Shown here: positions 58,010-64,000 of the stretch, one piece after another
Layout of the letters: each line of letters opens with the position of its first letter
Position numbering within the stretch: position 1 is the first letter of the stretch
DNA from: Marinifilaceae bacterium
Lineage (GTDB): Bacteria > Bacteroidota > Bacteroidia > Bacteroidales > Marinifilaceae
Assembly: GCA_017936285.1 (NCBI GenBank)
Contig: JAGBFU010000082.1
Coordinates: forward strand, 66,650-130,649
DNA: 64,000 bases
Reading direction: 5' to 3'
Translations under genes and position numbers: made by a program
The notes under the pieces: generated by a model
Databases searched by the model: none
What the model was told of the DNA's origin: nothing
What the model saw: the letters and a program-made list of their open reading frames with translations, nothing else

Positions 58010-58407
58010 AAATTAAAATACAAAGTAACTTTAGAACCACCCTTCTCATAAATCATCTTGTCAGATAAAATACTCATCAAATATATTCCTCTACCTGATG
58101 TCTTTTCAATATTCTCAGGAAGAGTTGGATCAACCGGATAATTCTTATAGTCAAATCCTTCACCTTCATCTTCAATAGAAACATAAAAAATTGTCTCATC
58201 AAGGGTAGCTACAATAGTAACAAATTTACTTTCATCCCTCTTATTACCAAATAAAATAGCATTATTAACGGCCTCAATTATCGATAAGTCAATTTGACCA
58301 TACAATCGTTGACCCAATGAAAATTCAGTCGTGAAAGAGTCTATAAACTTCTCTACCTCTGAAATCTGACTTACCCCCGAGGCTATTTTGAGTTCGAGTC
58401 TTTTCAT
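58006..58407 (-). CDS. RsbW/SpoIIAB-like anti-sigma factor-type ATPase/serine kinase (HATPase_c_2)
   Basis: 133-aa ORF with an N-box-like EAVNNAILFGN, a G1-like DEGEGF and a G2-like SGRGIYLM. It has an ATGA overlap with ybeY. Confidence 0.65.
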   Translation of the reverse strand: MKRLELKIASGVSQISEVEKFIDSFTTEFSLGQRLYGQIDLSIIEAVNNAILFGNKRDESKFVTIVATLDETIFYVSIEDEGEGFDYKNYPVDPTLPENIEKTSGRGIYLMSILSDKMIYEKGGSKVTLYFNL

Positions 58408-58514
58408 TACTATATCTAATTTTAAAATTTGTCTAATACAATAATAAAGGACCGGTAATTATCCGGTACCCTCATCTATCTACGAAGTTACGAAAAAAAA
58501 AATTAAAAACAAAG

Positions 58515-59705
58515 TTATTTTCTTAACCAAAGTTCAGGATTTAACTTTGTCAACTCTTTCCATATCTGCAACTCCACCGTTGTTCCTTTATCACTACTAT
58601 ATGCAGCTTTACCCAATTTCTGTCCGGTTGATACCTTATCTCCCTGTTTGACATATACCTGGGACAAATTCACGTAAAGTGAAAAATAGTTACCATGTTT
58701 AAGTAAAACAACATTATTGGAACTTGAAACAAAATGAATACTTACTACCTCTCCCTTAAATATTGATTTTACATCACTATCCTTATTACATCTGATAACT
58801 ATACCAGATGAATTTGTCTGAACATTTTTTAAAATAGGGTGAGGATGAGTTCCAAATTTCTCTATTACTACTCCATTATCAACCGGCCATGGTAATTTAC
58901 CCTTGTTTGATGCAAAATCATTAGCTAGCTGAATATCAACCTGCGATAATGCAGGATTAGTTGTTTTATTAGCCGAAGCACGCTTTACCTGCTCTTCAAT
59001 CAACTTCTTTATTCTATTATCCAAAGCCTTTTTATTGGCTATCTCTTTATCAAGTTTTCTACGAATTGAAGCCTCATTCTTTTTTATGTCCGATAATAAT
59101 CTCTGTTCTTTCTGCTTATCCTCATTCAAGGCTCTTTGCATATTACCTACCTCCACTTTTGTATTGACCTTTTGATCCAAAAGTACCCGGTTTCTACTAT
59201 TCAAAGCTCTGAGAGAATCATTTATAGCTGCAATCTCTTTTACTCTATTCTTAGTAAAACTCTTCATCTCCTTATAGTACCTGAATCTTCTATAAGCCTG
59301 ATCAAATGAATCAGATGATAAAATATACAACAATTGATTCTCAAAGTTTCTCACTTTCCACTGCTCATATACAGCTTTATCATAGAAAGCTAATAACTTA
59401 TCACGTTGATTTTCATAATTATTAATAGCTTCCAAATTTCTGTCAATTGCACTATTAAGGTTTGAAAGCTCCTTGTTAAGAGTATTGATAATATTATTTG
59501 TCTCAGCAATCTTTCTCTCATAAAGATTAATTTGCTGAATAGAACTATTCTTATTCCTTTTTGCCTCGTCCAAAAGTGAATTCAACTTCTTAATCTCCTT
59601 CTCACTTTTTGCTCTTTCAGATTTTAAACTCTCAACTGTTTGAGCATAAGAAGTTGAAAAAGTAGTTGATAAAAAAAGTAATATCAAAAATAAAAATCTC
59701 ATCAT
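58515..59705 (-). CDS. EnvC-like murein hydrolase activator (coiled coil plus degenerate LytM/M23 domain)
   Basis: It has a signal peptide, about 230 aa of Lys/Glu/Asn-rich coiled coil and a C-terminal M23 fold. The catalytic HxH position reads ELQIW. Confidence 0.8.
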   Translation of the reverse strand: MMRFLFLILLFLSTTFSTSYAQTVESLKSERAKSEKEIKKLNSLLDEAKRNKNSSIQQINLYERKIAETNNIINTLNKELSNLNSAIDRNLEAINNYENQRDKLLAFYDKAVYEQWKVRNFENQLLYILSSDSFDQAYRRFRYYKEMKSFTKNRVKEIAAINDSLRALNSRNRVLLDQKVNTKVEVGNMQRALNEDKQKEQRLLSDIKKNEASIRRKLDKEIANKKALDNRIKKLIEEQVKRASANKTTNPALSQVDIQLANDFASNKGKLPWPVDNGVVIEKFGTHPHPILKNVQTNSSGIVIRCNKDSDVKSIFKGEVVSIHFVSSSNNVVLLKHGNYFSLYVNLSQVYVKQGDKVSTGQKLGKAAYSSDKGTTVELQIWKELTKLNPELWLRK

Positions 59706-59711
59706 CTGAAT

Positions 59712-60575
59712 TTAAATATTTCGCTCACTATATTTTGAAGGAATTTTAAAAGAAATTTTAGAAGGAATATCAAACTCCACTTTTGAATACTCAATATCTA
59801 CACTGATTCTACTATCTTCATATATAGACAGAATAGCTAGTTTCATTGGGAATATCGTCGTATTAACTTCATTAAAATCTGAATATTTCACCTCAATACT
59901 ACTCTCATTATCTACATCCTCAATATAACTTGATAAGACTCTAAAACTCTTTGAATCAATCAAACTCTTATGGAATATCAATGAATACTCCTTATTTTTA
60001 CTGCGTTTTCTTTGGTATTTTTTGTACTTTCTGTCCAAATTACGCTCATGCTCTGAAGTAATATAATATGAATTTATGCTTCTCTCTAATTTAGTACCAG
60101 AGTGTCCCTCCTCTATATCACCAACTATCAACTTATTTGTGAAAATTCTTTGAAGAAGATCATAATTCAAATCAATTCCATATTTTGCAGAAAAATCATC
60201 ATAATCCCCTTTAACGTAATACTTCTCATGATAATTAATCATAGCAAAACTATCCTGTTTCAATAAAACCCTTAAAACCTCAATACCTAATGGAGCATTA
60301 ACAGATATTTGAATAAATTCATTACTCTTCATCTTTAAAGATGCTTTGAAACTCTGCTTCTTATATCCATTATTCATCTCAACATCCAACTTTTTGATAG
60401 TCAGATAATCAAAATTATTTTCAGCAGTATCTATATTTTTAAGTAGCTTGTTTAATGTTATAACAGGTGCTAATGACTTTACACTTCTAACTCTCTCTCT
60501 CGATGTAGCACAAGAGAATAAAGTTGATACAAAAAGTGTAAAAAGTAAAAACTTTATACTATTAACCTTTATCAT
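59712..60575 (-). CDS. DUF4292-like lipoprotein
   Basis: It has the lipobox LFSC and a beta-rich sequence. It sits in the conserved position between the TPR protein and the M23 protein. The family name is from memory. Confidence 0.55.
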   Translation of the reverse strand: MIKVNSIKFLLFTLFVSTLFSCATSRERVRSVKSLAPVITLNKLLKNIDTAENNFDYLTIKKLDVEMNNGYKKQSFKASLKMKSNEFIQISVNAPLGIEVLRVLLKQDSFAMINYHEKYYVKGDYDDFSAKYGIDLNYDLLQRIFTNKLIVGDIEEGHSGTKLERSINSYYITSEHERNLDRKYKKYQRKRSKNKEYSLIFHKSLIDSKSFRVLSSYIEDVDNESSIEVKYSDFNEVNTTIFPMKLAILSIYEDSRISVDIEYSKVEFDIPSKISFKIPSKYSERNI

Positions 60576-60577
60576 AA

Positions 60578-62290
60578 CTACTCCATTTTAGCCTTTAACT
60601 CTCTCACCTTATTCTCATACTCTTCTGCCAAATCCAATTTACCATTAGCTTTTAAAATCAATGAATAGTGCTCATAATATGTCAATTTATCACTATCATC
60701 ACCCATATTATCCAGAGCTTTCTTCATATATTTTTCTGCATTAGAGTACTCTCCTAACTTATATAAAATCCACGCATACGTATCTAAATAGACAGGATTA
60801 TTCGGTTCTGCAAGTATAGTTTTATGAGACATCTTTTTTGCCTCATCCAACTTTATATTATCATTTGAAAGATAGTATGCATAATTATTCAAAGATGTTA
60901 TGTTAGTAGGATCCAATTTAAGCAAATAGTCAAATATCTCATATGATTCACTATTTCTACCTACTTCATGATAACTCTCAGAGAGAATCTCAAGCATAGA
61001 CAAATGAAGATCTGATAATTTTGTAACATACTGAATAGCTATTTCACACAACTCAACACTCTTTTGATAATCCTCATTTAATATGGCATTATATATTGAA
61101 GGATAATAGAATATTGCCTTATCAGGGAAATACTTCAATGCCATATCAGAGTAATACAATGACTGCTCCAAATCATCTTTAGACAGATAATAGAATATTA
61201 CATTCTCAAATATAATTTCATTCTCCTTATTGAAGGATAAGATATGTTTTAACTCATTTATATACCCGTCACCTTCGGCAGAATTAACTCGCAACCACTC
61301 ACTATATAGATAACATATATCAAAATTATCGCTATATATCTCTCTGGCATTTAACATCAATTTATCCAATACAATATGATAATCAGCCTTTATTGTGTCA
61401 TTTGTATAATTCAAATAAGCATCTATAAACTGTGCCAAATAGTCCGATATGTAATTTATATTTGACTTTGTATCACTTATTCCTGATAAAGCATTCTTAT
61501 AGAATCTTTTAAAATCAAGTTTCTCCAAATACTCCGATGCTCTGTATAACGAGATTATACCACTCTTGCCATTTCTCTTTTCAAAATCCTTAAGTGTTTT
61601 TTTTGAGTCATCATATAACTTTAAATCTCTGTATGTTATAGCCATAGCAATAGCCTTGATAGGGTTATCCTTATCTAACATATAGAGATCATTTATAACT
61701 GCTACTGTATATTTGGCTCCCTCTACACTATCCTTGTCGGTAATTCTTTTTATTAAATCATACTTTATAGAGGACCAATCATAATTCTGACCAAATTTTC
61801 TCTCATAAAGCATCATATAATCAAGAGCTTTCGTATAGTTAATAGCTGAATTGAATTCTATTGCACCTATATAAAAATCTTCATTCAAAGGATATTTCTC
61901 TACAAGTTGCTCATAGATATCGGCACAATTCTGATACCTCGCCAAAGAGTTATATATATCTACCAACAATAATTTATTATGATAGTTATCAGGAGAGATT
62001 GAATCAGCTTTCAATGCATAAAACAAAGCCTTTTCATTATTCAATTGTGTACTATAGTATGTGGCCAGTTCATAATTTATGGACGAGGACTCAGGGTATA
62101 CGGAATATGCCCTATTCAGAAATGTTGACAGACTATCTCTATCTTCTATAGCACGCAATCTTGCTATCTCTATGAGAGATGACTCAACTCCGGAATACAA
62201 TACTGAGTCACTTACCGATTGTGCCTTTAAATTTCCGGTAAGCATAATAAATATTCCTACTATAAATGAAAGTAATAATCTATTTTTCAT
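60578..62290 (-). CDS. tetratricopeptide repeat protein (secreted)
   Basis: It has a signal peptide and many TPR-like A/Y/L repeats across 570 aa. Confidence 0.75.
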   Translation of the reverse strand: MKNRLLLSFIVGIFIMLTGNLKAQSVSDSVLYSGVESSLIEIARLRAIEDRDSLSTFLNRAYSVYPESSSINYELATYYSTQLNNEKALFYALKADSISPDNYHNKLLLVDIYNSLARYQNCADIYEQLVEKYPLNEDFYIGAIEFNSAINYTKALDYMMLYERKFGQNYDWSSIKYDLIKRITDKDSVEGAKYTVAVINDLYMLDKDNPIKAIAMAITYRDLKLYDDSKKTLKDFEKRNGKSGIISLYRASEYLEKLDFKRFYKNALSGISDTKSNINYISDYLAQFIDAYLNYTNDTIKADYHIVLDKLMLNAREIYSDNFDICYLYSEWLRVNSAEGDGYINELKHILSFNKENEIIFENVIFYYLSKDDLEQSLYYSDMALKYFPDKAIFYYPSIYNAILNEDYQKSVELCEIAIQYVTKLSDLHLSMLEILSESYHEVGRNSESYEIFDYLLKLDPTNITSLNNYAYYLSNDNIKLDEAKKMSHKTILAEPNNPVYLDTYAWILYKLGEYSNAEKYMKKALDNMGDDSDKLTYYEHYSLILKANGKLDLAEEYENKVRELKAKME

Positions 62291-62295
62291 TCTTT

Positions 62296-62730
62296 TTATT
62301 TAGTACCTGTATGTCCAAATCCACCATCTCCCCTTTCGGTTTCGTCCAAAACTTTTACCTCAGTCAATACAGGTTGTTCAACTTTAGCAATAACCATTTG
62401 ACATATACGATCACCGGGATTAATAGTAAACTTATCAGATGATAAATTTATCAAAATAACTCCTATCTCACCTCTATAGTCGGCATCAATTGTTCCGGGT
62501 GTATTTAAAACTGTTATTCCACTCTTTAATGCCAAACCACTTCTTGGACGAATCTGAGCCTCATAACCATCGGGAAGAGATATAAAAAGTCCTGTAGGTA
62601 TTAATTTTCTCTCTAATGGAGCCAAAGAAACAGGCTCTCCAATATTTGCTCTTAAATCCATTCCGGCTGACTGGGGTGTTTTATATTCCGGTAGCGGATA
62701 TGCCGATTTGTTTACTATTTTTATCTCCAT
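62296..62730 (-). CDS. dut: dUTP diphosphatase
   Basis: 144-aa ORF with [15 protein letters not shown] and [11 protein letters not shown] motifs. Confidence 0.95.
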   Translation of the reverse strand: MEIKIVNKSAYPLPEYKTPQSAGMDLRANIGEPVSLAPLERKLIPTGLFISLPDGYEAQIRPRSGLALKSGITVLNTPGTIDADYRGEIGVILINLSSDKFTINPGDRICQMVIAKVEQPVLTEVKVLDETERGDGGFGHTGTK

Positions 62731-62854
62731 AATTTTACTCCTTTTAAGAGCATAAAATTAGTAAATTGAGAAAAAAAATCCAAATAGATTCTCTAAATCT
62801 CCTCTATCTCTTCTTTTTTTTAATTTATATATATTTTTTAGTTGATGTAGTAGT

Positions 62855-63165
62855 AGTGTGTTAGTATGTGAGTAAATAATTTCTCAGAAATTTGTTTTTT
62901 AAGTTACTAAGATATTTTTCAGAGATACTAACAGTGTGTTAGTTATAAAATATATGAATATCAATAAAATATAGAATTTACTAACATCTGTTAATATCTC
63001 TTATTGTTGAAAAAAAATGACTCACGTTAATAACAAATCTGTTAGTAAAGTGATAGTATGCTCTGTTAGTTTACAGGTTAATTATCATTATCGCTTTAAG
63101 ATTATAAACATGTAATTAACAAATACTAACAAGATACTAACAGGTTATTAACAACTTTATTAACA
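62855..63165. repeat. array of at least 12 heptamers A[CT]TAACA / TGTTA[GA]T in the dut-argF' divergent intergenic region
   Basis: TGTTA[GA]T starts at 62859, 62937, 62989, 63040 and 63064. A[CT]TAACA starts at 62927, 62980, 63115, 63125, 63136, 63147 and 63159. The last five are direct repeats spaced 10-12 bp apart. Confidence 0.7.
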
Positions 63166-63232
63166 GGTAAAGTATGATAATCTGAATTTATTTATTAACT
63201 TTGAATATCGTTAAAGTAGTAATTAACCGAAT

Positions 63233-64000
63233 ATGAAAAAATTTTTAGGAGTCAATGACCTTGGCTGTTTGGACAAGGCATTAAAAGAGGCCTTTGAGAT
63301 TAAAAAAGATAGATTTGCTTATCAACATCTGGGTAAAAACAAGACCCTTCTGATGGTGTTTTTTAATTCAAGTCTAAGAACAAGATTGAGTACTCAAAAG
63401 GCTGCCATGAATCTTGGTATGAATGTAATTGTTTTAGATGTAAATCAGGGTGCATGGAAATTGGAGACAGAGAGAGGAGTTATTATGGATGGCGATAAAT
63501 CGGAGCATCTGTTGGAGGCAATTCCTGTAATGGGTTCATATTGTGATATTATAGGAGTAAGAAGTTTTGCAAATTTTAATAATAAGGCTGATGAATACTC
63601 TGAAAAGATAATAAATCAATTTATTAAATATTCAGGTTGTCCTGTATTCAGTATGGAGGCTGCAACTTGTCATCCATTGCAGGCATTTGCTGATGTTATT
63701 ACCATTGAGGAACATAAGAAATGTGATAAGCCAAAAGTTGTGCTTACATGGGCTCCACATCCAAAAGCGCTTCCTCAGGCAGTTCCTAACTCTTTTGCAG
63801 AGTGGTGTGTAGCAGCAGGTTATGATGTAGTAATAACTCATCCGGAGGGATATGAATTAGATGAAAAATTTACTAAAGGAGCAAAAATAGAGTATGATCA
63901 AAAGAGAGCATTGGAGGGTGCTGATTTTGTTTATGCCAAAAACTGGTCTGCATATGAGGATCCGAACTATGGAAAGATTTTAAGTAAGGATATGTCATGG
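63233..64000 (+). CDS. argF: N-succinyl/N-acetyl-ornithine carbamoyltransferase (ArgF'-type), 3' end truncated by window end
   Basis: This ORF is not in the track because it has no stop within the window. My hand translation is MKKFLGVNDLGCLDKALKEAFEIKKDRFAYQHLGKNKTLLMVFFNSSLRTRLSTQKAAMNLGMNVIVLDVNQGAWKLETERGVIMDGDKSEHLLEAIPVMG... It carries the SxRTR carbamoyl-phosphate motif and closely resembles my recollection of the Bacteroides fragilis ArgF'. Confidence 0.85.
   Translation, partial: MKKFLGVNDLGCLDKALKEAFEIKKDRFAYQHLGKNKTLLMVFFNSSLRTRLSTQKAAMNLGMNVIVLDVNQGAWKLETERGVIMDGDKSEHLLEAIPVMGSYCDIIGVRSFANFNNKADEYSEKIINQFIKYSGCPVFSMEAATCHPLQAFADVITIEEHKKCDKPKVVLTWAPHPKALPQAVPNSFAEWCVAAGYDVVITHPEGYELDEKFTKGAKIEYDQKRALEGADFVYAKNWSAYEDPNYGKILSKDMSW

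Noticed and set aside
58440-58475. Weak hairpin (ACCGG-TAATTAT-CCGGT) between the M23 gene and the RsbW-like gene as a terminator.
   Set aside because: The stem is only 5 bp plus a bulged GC pair, and the downstream tract is T/A-mixed. It could equally be nothing, so it was not annotated.
63018-63116. 32-codon ORF (MTHVNNKSVSKVIVCSVSLQVNYHYRFKIINM) upstream of argF' as a possible Arg leader peptide. TGAAT-containing strings at 63183 and 63202 were also considered as possible ARG boxes.
   Set aside because: The mini-ORF has a single Arg codon and no downstream terminator. The TGAAT strings lack the ATTCA half-site and are spaced 19 bp rather than 21 bp apart, so the evidence is insufficient.
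62855-63165. Whether the heptamer array could be a CRISPR array or a replication origin.
   Set aside because: The repeats are only 7 bp long with 2-5 bp spacers in places, and no cas genes are present, so it is not CRISPR. There are no DnaA boxes (TTATCCACA-like) and no dnaA or dnaN nearby, so an oriC call is unsupported. It is kept as a regulatory repeat finding instead.
52000-63200. An apparent drop in GC content in the right-hand about 11 kb. Hand counts of a few 60-nt lines gave roughly 30-37% there versus roughly 42-47% in leuS, tsf and dxs. This could indicate horizontal acquisition or a chimeric assembly.
   Set aside because: The genes there are core (uvrC, mnmG, ybeY, dut) with the expected Bacteroidales synteny. 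My sampling is too sparse to be quantitative, so a sliding-window GC/GC3 and codon-usage computation is needed before any claim.
1-64000. Search for sigma-54 promoters (TGGCAC-N5-TTGC) on both strands, given that rpoN is present.
   Set aside because: Several TGGCAC hexamers exist (for example near 33347, 35108 and 37113), but none has a TTGC at the correct spacing, and all are inside coding regions.

Overview
This is a 64-kb chromosomal segment whose gene content, local synteny (rplM-rpsI-rpsB-tsf; hemD-like-rnpA-yidD; dut-TPR-DUF4292-M23), TAnnTTTG-type -7 promoter boxes and lack of Shine-Dalgarno sites point to a Bacteroidales (Bacteroidota) genome. I call about 55 protein genes and one tRNA-Arg(CCT). 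Most are core housekeeping: leuS, asnS, gltX, mutS, polA, uvrC, rpoN, ribosomal proteins, tsf, pyrH, dxs, mnmG, ybeY and dut. I saw no rRNA, CRISPR array, transposase, integrase or phage genes. All product calls come from reading the translated ORFs for family motifs by eye; no database search was possible. The accessory content is a His/Cys-rich heavy-metal RND efflux operon abutting leuS, a sulfatase plus anaerobic sulfatase maturase pair, an MMPL/RND exporter, a 939-aa secreted protein of unknown function and a CotH fragment. The most interesting signals are non-coding:
1. A 21-codon Phe/Tyr-rich leader ORF with mutually exclusive antiterminator and terminator helices lies upstream of pheA-tyrA-DAHP synthase/chorismate mutase.
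2. Two identical perfect 16-bp palindromes (TGTTCCACGTGGAACA) bracket the adenine deaminase promoter and 5' coding region.
3. The dut/argF' divergent intergenic region carries at least 12 copies of a heptamer (A[CT]TAACA / TGTTA[GA]T), five of them phased at about 11 bp.
4. A 119-bp element with terminal inverted repeats sits in the PPIase 3' region, a diverged partial copy lies elsewhere, and a family of sequence-related hairpin terminators marks convergent gene junctions.
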